Source: the human T2T-CHM13v2.0 reference genome, Homo sapiens. From it: 64,000 nucleotides of DNA. How positions within the stretch are numbered: the first letter of the stretch is position 1; each line of letters opens with the position of its first letter. The notes beneath the pieces are model-generated. The model saw only the letters and a list, made by a program, of their open reading frames with translations. It made no database searches and was not told the origin of the DNA. Below are positions 1 through 14,725 of this stretch, one piece after another. The stretch lies in NCBI RefSeq assembly GCF_009914755.1, contig NC_060945.1, one strand, 5' to 3'. Both the position numbers and the translations under genes were made by a program.

Positions 1-287
1 ATGTCTGTCTCTTTCTCTGTCAGTCTGTCAGACACCCCCGTGCCGGGTAGGGCCCTGCCCCTTCCACGAGAGTGAGAAGCGCGTGCTTCGGTGCTTAGAG
101 AGGCCGAGAGGAATCTAGACAGGCGGGCCTTGCTGGGCTTCCCCACTCGGTGTACGATTTCGGGAGGTCGAGGCCGGGTCCCCGCTTGGATGCGAGGGGC
201 ATTTTCAGACTTTTCTCTCGGTCACGTGTGGCGTCCGTACTTCTCCTATTTCCCCGATAAGCTCCTCGACTTCAACATAAACTGTTA

Positions 288-495
288 AGGCCGGACGCAA
301 CACGGCGAAACCCCGTCTCTACTAAAAATACAAAGCTGAGTCGGGAGCGGTGGGGCAGGCCCCTGTAATGCCAGCTCCTCGGGAGGCTGAGGCGGGAGAA
401 TCGCTTGAACCAGGGAAGCGGAGGCTGCAGGGAGCCGAGATCGCGCCACTGCACTACGGCCCAGGCTGTAGAGTGAGTGAGACTCGGTCTCTAAA
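288..495 (+). mobile_element. Alu, internally deleted
   Basis: GAAACCCCGTCTCTACTAAAAATACAAA...GAGGCTGAGGCGGGAGAATCGCTTGAAC...GAGACTCGGTCTC. Confidence 0.9.
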
Positions 496-1685
496 TAAAT
501 ACGGAAATTAATTAATTCATTAATTCTTTTCCCTGCTGACGGACATTTGCAGGCAGGCATCGGTTGTCTTCGGGCATCACCTAGCGGCCACTGTTATTGA
601 AAGTCGACGTGACACGGAGGGAGGTCTCGCCGACTTCACCGAGCCTGGGGCAACGGGTTTCTCTCTCTCCCTTCTGGAGGCCCCTCCCTCTCTCCCTCGT
701 TGCCTAGGGAACCTCGCCTAGGGAACCTCCGCCCTGGCGGGGGCCCTATTGTTCTTTGATCGGCGCTTTACTTTTCTTTGTGTTTTGGCGCCTAGACTCT
801 TCTACTTGGGCTTTGGGAAGGGTCAGTTTAATTTTCAAGTTGCCCCCCGGCTCCCCCCACTACCCACGTCCCTTCACCTTAATTTAGTGAGTCGGTTAGG
901 TGGGTTTCCCCCAAACCGCCCCCCCCCCCCCCCGCCTCCCAACACCCTGCTTGGAAACCTTCCAGAGCCACCCCGGTGTGCCTCCGTCTTCTCTCCCCTT
1001 CCCCCACCCCTTGCCGGCGATCTCATTCTTGCCAGGCTGACATTTGCATCGGTGGGCGTCAGGCCTCACTCGGGGGCCACCGTTTTTGAAGATGGGGGCG
1101 GCACGGTCCCACTTCCCCGGAGGCAGCTTGGGCCGATGGCATAGCCCCTTGACCCGCGTGGGCAAGCGGGCGGGTCTGCAGTTGTGAGGCTTTTCCCCCC
1201 GCTGCTTCCCGCCTCAGGCCTCCCTCCCTAGGAAAGCTTCACCCTGGCTGGGTCTCGGTCACCTTTTATCACGATGTTTTAGTTTCTCCGCCCTCCGGCC
1301 AGCAGAGTTTCACAATGCGAAGGGCGCCACGGCTCTAGTCTGGGCCTTCTCAGTACTTGCCCAAAATAGAAACGCTTTCTGAAAACTAATAACTTTGCTC
1401 ACTTAAGATTTCCAGGGACGGCGCCTTGGCCCGTGTTTGTTGGCTTGTTTTGTTTCGTTCTGTTTTGTTTTGTTCGTGTTTTTCCTTTCTCGTATGTCTT
1501 TCTTTTCAGGTGAAGTAGAAATCCCCAGTTTTCAGGAAGACGTCTATTTTCCCCAAGACACGTTAGCTGCCGTTTTTTCCTGTTGTGAACTAGCGCTTTT
1601 GTGACTCTCTCAACGTGCAGTGAGAGCCGGTTGATGTTTACTATCCTTCATCATGACATCTTATTTTCTAGAAATCCGTAGGCGA

Positions 1686-1773
1686 ATGCTGCTGCTGCTC
1701 TTGTTGCTGTTGTTGTTGTTGTTGTTGTCGTCGTTGCTGTTGTCGTTGTCGTTGTTGTTGTCGTTGTCGTTGT
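1686..1773 (+). repeat. (TGC/TGT/CGT)n compound trinucleotide repeat
   Basis: TGCTGCTGCTGC...GTTGTTGTT...GTCGTCGTT. Confidence 0.9.
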
Positions 1774-1854
1774 TTTCAAAGTATACCCCGGCCACCGTTT
1801 ATGGGATCAAAAGCATTATAAAATATGTGTGATTATTTCTTGAGCACGCCCTTC

Positions 1855-2447
1855 CTCCCCCTCTCTCTGTCTCTCTGTCTGTCTCTGTCTCTCTCTTTCT
1901 CTGTCTGTCTTCTCTCTCTCTCTCTCTCTGTGTCTCTCTCTCTCTGCCTGTCTGTTTCTCTCTCTCTGCCTCTCTCTCTCTCTCTCTCTCTGCCTGTCTC
2001 TCTCACTGTGTCTGTCTTCTGTCTTACTCCCTTTCTCTGTCTGTCTGTCGGTCTCTCTCTCTCTCTCTCCCTGTCTGTATGTTTCTCTCTGTCTCTGTCT
2101 CTCTCTCTCTTTCTGTTTCTCTCTCTCCGTCTCTGTCTTTCTCTGACTGTCTCTCTCTTTCCTTCTCTCTGTCTCTCTCTGCCTGTCTCTCTCACTCTGT
2201 CTTCTGTCTTACTCTCTCTCTCTGCCTGCCTGTCTCTCTCACTCTCTCTCTCTGTGTGTCTCTCTCTCTCTTTCTGTTTCTCTCTGTCTCTCTGTCCGTC
2301 TCTGTCTTTCTCTGTCTGTCTCTTTGTCTGTCTGTCTTTGTCTTTCCTTCTCTCTGTCTCTGTCTCTCTCACTGTGTCTGTCTTCTGTCTTAGTCTCTCT
2401 CTCTCTCTCTCCCTGTCTGTCTGTCTCTCTCTCTCTCTCCCCCTGTC

Positions 2448-2490
<43 letters not shown>

Positions 2491-3019
2491 TTGTCTTTCT
2501 TTCTGTCTCTGTCTCTCTCTCTCTCTCTGTGTGTCTGTCTTCTGTCTTACTGTCTTTCTCTGCCTGTCTGTCTGTCTGTCTCTCTCTGTCTGTCTCTCTC
2601 TCTCTCTCCCCCCTGTCGGCTGTTTCTCTGTCTCTGTCTGTGTCTCTCTTTCTGTCTGTTTCTCTCTGTCTGTCTTTCTCTCTCTGTCTCTTTCTCTCTG
2701 TCTCTCTGTCTGTCTCTGTCTCTCTCTCTGTCTCTCTCTCTCTGTGGGGGTGTGTGTGTGTGTGTGTATGTGTGTGTGTGTGTGTGTGTGTGTCTGCCTT
2801 CTGTCTTACTCTCTTTCTCTGCCTGTCTGTCTGCCTGTCTGTTTGTCTCTCTCTCTCTGCCTGTCTCTCTCCCTTCCTGTCTGTTTCTCTCTCTTTCTGT
2901 TTCTCTCTGTCTCTGTCCATCTCTGTCTTTCTCCGTCTGTCTCTTTATCTGTCTCTCTCTCTCTTTCTGTCTTTCTCTCTCTGTGTATCGTTGTCTCTCT
3001 CTGTCTGTCTCTGTCTCTG

Positions 3020-3052
<33 letters not shown>

Positions 3053-3080
3053 GTCTGTCTGTCCGTCTGTCTGTCTCGGT
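1855..3080 (+). repeat. Polypyrimidine (CT/CTGT) tract with an internal (TG)n at ~2745-2792
   Basis: Seen directly. Carries the same anchor as the LR tracts. Confidence 0.97.
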
Positions 3081-4395
3081 CTCTGGCTCTCGCTATCTCC
3101 CGCCCTCTCTTTTTTTGCAAAAGAAGCTCAAGTACATCTAATCTAATCCCTTACCAAGGCCTGAATTCTTCACTTCTGACATCCCAGATTTGATCTCCCT
3201 ACAGAATGCTGTACAGAACTGGCGAGTTGATTTCTGGACTTGGATACCTCATAGAAACTACATATGAATAAAGATCCAATCCTAAAATCTGGGGTGGCTT
3301 CTCCCTCGACTGTCTCGAAAAATCGTACCTCTGTTCCCCTAGGATGCCGGAAGAGTTTTCTCAATGTGCATCTGCCCGTGTCCTAAGTGATCTGTGACCG
3401 AGCCCTGTCCGTCCTGTCTCAAATATGTACGTGCAAACACTTCTCTCCATTTCCACAACTACCCACGGCCCCTTGTGGAACCACTGGCTCTTTGAAAAAA
3501 ATCCCAGAAGTGGTTTTGGCTTTTTGGCTAGGAGGCCTAAGCCTGCTGAGAACTTTCCTGCCCAGGATCCTGTGTGACCAAAAGTGCCTCTGCTGGGAGC
3601 TGGGATCCTCGGGACCATGCTTGCTAGCGCTGGATGAGTCTCTGGAAGGACGCACGGGACTCCGCAAAGCTGACCTGTCCCACCGAGGTCAAATGGATAC
3701 CTCTGCATTGGCCCGAGGCCTCCGAAGTACATCACCGTCACCAACCGTCACCGTCAGCATCCTTGTGAGCCTGCCCAAGGCCCCGCCTCCGGGGAGACTC
3801 TTGGGAGCCCGGCCTTCGTCGGCTAAAGTCCAAAGGGATGGTGACTTCCACCCACAAGGTCCCCACTGAACGGCGAAGATGTGGAGCGTAGGTCAGAGAG
3901 GGGACCAGGAGGGGAGACGTCCCGACAGGCGACGAGTTCCCAAGGCTCTGGCCACCCCACCCACGCCCCACGCCCCACGTCCCGGGCACCCGCGGGACAC
4001 CGCCGCTTTATCCCCTCCTCTGTCCACAGCCGGCCCCACCCCACCACGCAACCCACGCACACACGCTGGAGGTTCCAAAACCACACGGTGTGACTAGAGC
4101 CTGACGGAGCGAGAGCCCATTTCACGAGGTGGGAGGGGTGGGGGTGGGGTGGGTTGGGGGTTGTGGGGTCTGTGGCGAGCCCGATTCTCCCTCTTGGGTG
4201 GCTACAGGCTAGAAATGAATATCGCTTCTTGGGCGGAGGGGCTTCCTTAGGCCATCACCGCTTGCGGGACTACCTCTCAAACCCTCCCTTGAGGCCACAA
4301 AATAGATTCCACCCCACCCATCGACGTTTCCCCCGGGTGCTGGATGTATCCTGTCAAGAGACCTGAGCCTGACACCGTCGAATTAAACACCTTGA

Positions 4396-4620
<225 letters not shown>

Positions 4621-4662
4621 TAGATTCGAGCCACACCTCATTCCGTGCCACAGAGAGACTTC

Positions 4663-7600
4663 TTTTTTTTTTTTTTTTTAAGCGCAACGCAACATGTCTG
4701 CCTTATTTGAGTGGCTTCCTATATCATTATAATTGTGTTATAGATGAAGAAACGGTATTAAACACTGTGCTAATGATAGTGAAAGTGAAGACAAAAGAAA
4801 GGCTATCTATTTTGTGGTTAGAATAAAGTTGCTCAGTATTTAGAGCTACCTAAATACGTCAGCATTTACACTCTTCCTAGTAAAAGCTGGCCAATCTGAA
4901 TAATCCTCCTTTAAACAAACACAATTTTTGATAGGGTTAAGATTTTTTTAAGAATGCGACTCCTGCAAAATAGCTGAACAGACGATACACATTTAAAAAA
5001 ATAACAACACAAGGATCAACCAGACTTGGGAAAAAATCGAAAACCACACAAGTCTTATGAAGAACTGAGTTCTTAAAATAGGACGGAGAACGTAGCTATC
5101 GGAAGAGAAGGCAGTATTGGCAAGTTGATTGTTACGTTGGTCAGCAGTAGCTGGCACTATCTTTTTGGCCATCTTTCGGGCAATGTAACTACTACAGCAA
5201 AATGAGATATGATCCATTAAACAACATATTCGCAAATCAAAAAGTGTTTCAGTAATATAATGCTTCAGATTTAGAAGCAAATCAAATGATAGAACTCCAC
5301 TGCTGTAATAAGTCACCCCAAAGATCACCGTATCTGACAAAATAACTACCACAGGGTTATGACTTCAGAATCATACTTTCTCTTGATATTTACTTATGTA
5401 TGTATTTATTTTTTTTAATTTATTTCTCTTGAGACGGCGTCTCGCTCTGTCGCCCAGGCTGGAGTGCGATGGTGTGATCTCGGCTCACTGCAACCGCCAC
5501 CTCCCTGGGTTCAAGCGATTCTCCTGCCTCAGCCTCCCGAGTAGCTGGGACTACAGGTGCCCGCCACCACGCCCAGCTAATCTTTATACTTTTAATAGAG
5601 ACGGGGTTTCACCGTGTCGGCCCGGATGGTCTCGATCTCTTGACCTCGTGACCCGCCCGCCTCGGCCTCCCAAAGTGCTGGGATGACAGGCGTGAGCCAC
5701 TGAGCCCGGCCTTCTCTTGACGTTTAAACTATGAAGTCAGTCCAGAGAAACGCAATAAATGTCAACGGTGAGGATGGTGTTGAGGCAGAAGTAGGACCAC
5801 ACTTTTTCCTATCTTATTCAGTTGATAACAATATGACCTAGGTAGTAATTTCCTATGTGCCTACTTATACACGAGTACAAAAGAGTAAAACAGAGAGACT
5901 GCTAAATTAAAGGGTACGTGAAGTTCTTCATAGTAACTCCGTAAACTGGAACACTGTCAAAAAGCAGCAGCTAGTGAATTGTTTCCATGTATTTTTCTAT
6001 GATCCAATAAGTGAACTATGCTATTCCTTTCCAGTCTCCCAAGCACTTCTTGTCCCCATCACCACTTCGGTGCTCGAAGAAAAAGTAACAAATCAAGGAA
6101 CACAACTAAAGAAACACACACACAAACCAAAGACAACTACAGCGTCTGCAAAAGTTTGCTAGAAGACTGAAACTGTTGAGTATAAGGATCTGGTATTCTA
6201 CGATCATGAGTTCACTTCAGAGTTTGTTCAAGACATACGTTTCGTAAGGAAACATCTTAGTTAGAAGTTATTCAGCAGTAGGTACCATCCCTAAGTATTT
6301 TTCACCAAATTCGTGACAATAAAGAGCTATCTAACCAGAAAAATTAGCGAGTACCGGCACCATCCATAGGGCTTTGTCTTTACGCTTCATTAGCACTTAC
6401 CATGCCTTACAATGTCTAGGATTGACCCTGATAGCATTTCGAAAACAAGCTAATGCTTTGTCCAGTTCTTCAGTGAAGACAAGCTCACGCCCTAATGCGC
6501 TATAGGCATAAGCATCATTTGGATCCACTTCGAGAGTTCTCTGGAAGAATTGAATCGCAATATCGTGTTCCCGTTGCAGACCGAAACAGTTCCCTGCAGC
6601 ACACCAGGCCTCTGGCTGGCGAATTTTTATCCATGTCTGTGAAGTCTTTGGACAGAACTGAAAGAGCAACCTCTTTCGGAGGATGCCAAAGTGTTGTAGA
6701 GTAGATCTCCATGCCTTCGACTCTGTAATTCTCAATCCTCCTAACCTCTGAGAATTGTCTTTCAGCTTGCGTGGACTCTGAAAGTTTACAATAGGCCCTT
6801 CCGATTTGGCACAGTACCCAACCGGTATTGCGGTGGTGAGAAGCTAGATGGCTCAAGATGCTGATAGCTTCTTTGCCGTGGTAAGAACACAAAGCTAAAT
6901 AACCTTTCCCCCTTTCACGAAGAAGGCTCATCAAGCCTTCCGCTGCTGCTTTTTGTAGATTAAAAGCCTGAATCTGAGGCGCGATTGCGGCTATTTTCCC
7001 TTCTGAAATGACGGAAGAGTCCAATTTTGTCACTTCCAGGCTATCACTTATGTTCGGTGGAGTTATTGCTCCTTTATTAGTTTTACTTTTGGTTCTTCTG
7101 TTTGGGATTTTAGGTGGAAACTTCATTTTTAATTTTCTCCTATTCTCCTCGGTTGTGGAGCTGTCACTAGTCAAGAGTCGTGAATGTCTTCGAGGCGGTG
7201 CATTTGGGGGAGATGCCATAGTGGGGCTCAATACCTGAGGTGTTGCCCTTGTCGGCGGACCAGAACTTTGTGTTTTTGCAAGGACTGGAGTTACCTTTCG
7301 GCTCTTTCCCCTCTGCGAGAAGACAGACGGTGTTCCGGTTTGGCCGATTCTGGCAACAGGCTTTTTTGAAGGGGCTCCGGTGGATGGCACGTCAATGACA
7401 GACGGTGTCTCATACCAGTGCAGTTTTGTCAATAGGGTCCGTCTCCGGGACTTGGGGTTTCTAATGGCAAAATGCCAACACTTGGGGTTAATGGACTAAC
7501 AGCTGCTGGTCCTCCTAATAAACTTCGACCAGTTTTTGGTTTATGTTGAACCTGTTTAGATCATATGGAAGTTCCTGTTCCCAGTGGGACAGTATCAGGT

Positions 7601-8458
7601 GAAAGGACAGCTGAATCGATAGAAGACACTGGGGAGTCTGTATTCAAGGAGTACTTTGAATTGGAAGATTCTAAATTCCATCCGTTTCATTCGACGGTGT
7701 CCTGGGGTGTTTCCGTAAGAACGGTCTCGGGCTGTCTGTGACATAAACTAGGACGAGGTCCAAGTGTTGTGGCGCAACACTTGGACAGGCAGTTGCTAAA
7801 GCTCTCTAGAGAGGTGAATCAAAATGTTTGGTCAGGATCTGGCTTTTCCCCCCTATTTCACATCATGATTCAAAGGGACACCAGAGGAAAGGATTTCAAC
7901 GAAGGCTCTTTTGGTCACATTCTGATCCTTTGGTAAGCCGATCTGTCTTGCAATATACATGTCCCGACGATGGAAGGGGAAAGCGAGCTGAATCACCAAA
8001 CTCAGGAACGATAATATCATCGTGGCTTTTCTGCTTATGAAACACTCCACCCGATAAGATTTGATCCCCTTCTGCAAGCTTGCTGAGATCAACACAACAT
8101 TTCGCAAGCAGGCATTTGCATTGCGGGGTAGTACAACTGTGTCCTTTCAAGAGTCTATATGTTTTATAGGCCTTTCCTGAGCGGTAAGAACAGGTCGCCA
8201 GTAAGAACAAGGCTTCTTCTGAGTGTACTTCTGCATAAAGGCGTTCTGCGGGGGAAACCGCATCTCGGTAGGCATAGTGGTTTAGTGCTTGCCATATAGC
8301 AGCCTGGACGGGTCCCTGCAGCACCGCCATCCTCGAGGCTCAGGCCCACTTTCTGCAGTGCCACAGGCACCCCCCCCCCCCATAGCGGCTCCGGCCCGGC
8401 CAGCCCCGGCTCATTTAAAGGCACCAGCCGCCGTTACCGGGGGATGGGGGAGTCCGAG
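4663..8458 (-). pseudogene. CDC27P: CDC27 (APC3) retro-pseudogene: 5'UTR, disrupted intronless N-terminal ~3/4 of the CDS (8330->6401), and a putative retained-intron tail to a poly(A)
   Basis: ORF fragments MAVLQGPVQAAIWQALNHYAYRDA..., QIQAFNLQKAAAEGLMSLLRE... and EAWCAAGNCFGLQREHDIAI...RNAIRVNPRH match CDC27. Stops at 7896, 7863 and 7429. A CCAG duplication causes a frameshift at ~6612-6619. The outer boundaries are inferred from the poly(A) and target-site duplication (TSD). Confidence 0.93.
5430..5712 (-). mobile_element. Full-length Alu inside the CDC27 pseudogene tail
   Basis: Complete dimer from GAGACGGCGTCTCGCTCTGTCGCCCAGG to GAGCCACTGAGCCCGGCC. Confidence 0.95.
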
Positions 8459-8982
8459 ACAGAATGACTTCTTTATCCTGCTGACTCTGGAAAGCCCGGC
8501 GCCTTGTGATCCATTGCAAACCGAGAGTCACCTCGTGTTTAGAACACGGATCCACTCCCAAGTTCAGTGGGGGGATGTGAGGGGTGTGGCAGGTAGGACG
8601 AAGGACTCTCTTCCTTCTGATTCGGTCTGCACAGTGGGGCCTAGGGCTGGAGCTCTCTCCGTGCGGACCGCTGACTCCCTCTACCTTGGGTTCCCTCGGC
8701 CCCACCCTGGAACGCCGGGCCTTGGCAGATTCTGGCCCTTCCTGGCCCTTCAGTCGCTGTCAGAAACCCCATCTCATGCTCGGATGCCCCGAGTGACTGT
8801 GGCTCGCACCTCTCCGGAAACATTGGAAATCTCTCCTCTACGCGCGGCCACCTGAAACCACAGGAGCTCGGGACACACGTGCTTTCGGGAGAGAATGCTG
8901 AGAGTCTCTTGCCGACTCTCTCTTGACTTGAGTTCTTCGTGGGTGCGTGGTTAAGACGTAGTGAGACCAGATGTATTAACTC

Positions 8983-10130
<1,148 letters not shown>

Positions 10131-10931
10131 ACCCCCCCTTTCCCCTTCCCCCGCTTGTCTTCCCGACAGACAGTTTCACGGCAGAGCGTTTGGCTGGCGT
10201 GCTTAAACTCATTCTAAATAGAAATTTGGGACGTCAGCTTCTGGCCTCACGGACTCTGAGCCGAGGAGTCCCCTGGTCTGTCTATCACAGGACCGTACAC
10301 GTAAGGAGGAGAAAAATCGTAACGTTCAAAGTCAGTCATTTTGTGATACAGAAATACACGGATTCACCCAAAACACAGAAAGCAGTCTTTTAGAAATGGC
10401 CTTAGCCCTGGTGTCCGTGCCAGTGATTCTTTTCGGTTTGGACCTTGACTGAGAGGATTCCCAGTCGGTCTCTCGTCTCTGGACGGAAGTTCCAGATGAT
10501 CCGATGGGTGGGGGACTTAGGCTGCGTCCCCCCAGGAGCCCTGGTCGATTAGTTGTGGGGATCGCCTTGGAGGGCGCGGTGACCCACTGTGCTGTGGGAG
10601 CCTCCATCCTTCCCCCCACCCCCTCCCCAGGGGATCCCAATTCATTCCGGGCTGACACGCTCACTGGCAGGCGTCGGGCATCACCTAGCGGTCACTGTTA
10701 CTCTGAAAACGGAGGCCTCACAGAGGAAGGGAGCACCAGGCCGCCTGCGCACAGCCTGGGGCAACTGTGTCTTCTCCACCGCCCCCGCCCCCACCTCCAA
10801 GTTCCTCCCTCCCTTGTTGCCTAGGAAATCGCCACTTTGACGACCGGGTCTGATTGACCTTTGATCAGGCAAAAACGAACAAACAGATAAATAAATAAAA
10901 TAACACAAAAGTAACTAACTAAATAAAATAA

Positions 10932-11069
10932 GTCAATACAACCCATTACAATACAATAAGATACGATACGATAGGATGCGATAGGATACGATAGGATACA
11001 ATACAATACGATACGATACAATACAATACAATACAATACAATACAATACAATACAATACAATACAATAC
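10932..11069 (+). repeat. (CAATA/CGATA/GGATA)n pentanucleotide repeat
   Basis: Seen directly. Confidence 0.95.
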
Positions 11070-11902
<833 letters not shown>

Positions 11903-12184
11903 TTAACTTCATTTTATGTTATTATCATGATTGATGTTTCGAGACGGAGTCTCGGAGGCCCGCCCTCCCTGGTTGCCCAGACAACCCCGGGAGACAGACC
12001 CTGGCTGGGCCCGATTGTTCTTCTCCTTGGTCAGGGGTTTCCTTGTCTTTCTTCGTGTCTTTAACCCGCGTGGACTCTTCCGCTCGGGTTTGACAGATGG
12101 CAGCTCCACTTTAGGCCTTGTTGTTGTTGGGGACTTTCCTGATTCTCCCCAGATGTAGTGAAAGCAGGTAGATTTGCCTTGCCT

Positions 12185-12204
12185 GGACTTGCCTGGCCTT
12201 GCCT
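12185..12204 (+). promoter_or_regulatory. p53 response element (RGC site)
   Basis: GGACTTGCCT GGCCTTGCCT, two adjacent RRRCWWGYYY-like half-sites within TGCCT repeats. This is the classical ribosomal-gene-cluster p53 site. Confidence 0.85.
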
Positions 12205-12313
12205 TTTCTTTCTTTCTTTCTTTATTACTTTCTCTTTTTCTTCTTCTTCTTCTTCTTCTTCTTCTTCTTCTTCTTCTTCTTCTTCTTCTTCTTCTTCTTC
12301 TTCTTTTTTTTTT

Positions 12314-13633
<1,320 letters not shown>

Positions 13634-14707
13634 TGTTGACTCATTTCGCTTTTTTATTTCTTTCGTTTCCACGCGTTTACTTATATGTATTAATGTAAAC
13701 GTTTCTGTACGCTTATATGCAAACAACGACAACGTGTATCTCTGCATTGAATACTCTTGCGTATGGTAAATACGTATCGGTTGTATGGAAATAGACTTCT
13801 GTATGATAGATGTAGGTGTTTGTGTTATACAAATAAATACACATCGCTCTATAAAGAAGGGATCGTCGATAAAGACGTTTATTTTACGTATGAAAAGCGT
13901 CGTATTTATGTGTGTAAATGAACGAGCGTACGTAGTTATCTCTGTTTTCTTTCTTCCTCTCCTTCGTGTTTTTCTTCCTTCCTTTCTTCCTTTCTCTCCT
14001 TCTTTAGGTTTTTCTTCCTCTCTTCCTTTCCTTCTTTCTCTCTTTCTGTCCTTTTTTCCTTCGTGCTTTATTTCTCTTTCGTTCCCTGTGTTTCCTTCTT
14101 TTTTCTTTCCTCTCTGTTTCTTTTTCCCTTCTTTCCTTCGTTTCTTTCCTCATTCTTTCTCTCTTTTTCGTGTTTCTTTCCTTCCCGTCTGTCTTTTAAA
14201 AAATGGAGTGTTTCAGAAGTTTACTTTGTGTATCTACGTTTTCTAAATTGTCTCTCTTTTCTCCATTTTCTTCCTCCCTCCCTCCCTCCCTCCCTCCCTG
14301 CTCCCTTCCCTCCCTCCTTCCCTTTCGCCATCTGTCTCTTTTCCCCACTCCCCTCCCCCCGTCTGTCTCTGCGTGGATTCCGGAAGAGCCTACGCATTCT
14401 GCCTCTCCGTGTGTCTGCAGCGACCCGCGACCGAGTCCTTGTGTGTTCTTTCTCCCTCCCTCCCTCCCTCCCTCCCTCCCTCCCTGCTTCCGAGAGGCAT
14501 CTCCAAACACCCACGCGCCGTGGGTTGTCTTCTGACTCTGTCGCGGTCGAGGCAGAGACGCGTTTTGGGCACCGTTTGTGTGGGGTTGGGGCAGAGGGGC
14601 TGCGTTTTCGGCCTCGGGAAGAGCTTCTCGACTCACGGTTTCGCTTTCGCGGTCCACGGGCCGCCCTGCCAGCCGGATCTGTCTCGCTGACGTCCGCGGC
14701 GGTTGTC

Positions 14708-14725
14708 GGGCTCCATCTGGCGGCC
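14708..14725 (-). promoter_or_regulatory. CTCF motif at the spacer-promoter boundary
   Basis: The minus strand reads GGCCGCCAGATGGAGCCC, a good CTCF core match about 900 bp upstream of the TSS, where CTCF binding to human rDNA is established. Confidence 0.75.

Noticed and set aside
4993-5352. 119-aa AT-rich ORF with a hydrophobic C-terminus
   Set aside because: It has no recognisable homology and lies in the putative CDC27 intron-derived segment. Its length is within chance expectation.
6515-7432. 305-aa CDC27-like ORF as a functional gene
   Set aside because: It has a non-ATG start, upstream stops and frameshifts, and a frameshifted C-terminus. It is a pseudogene fragment.
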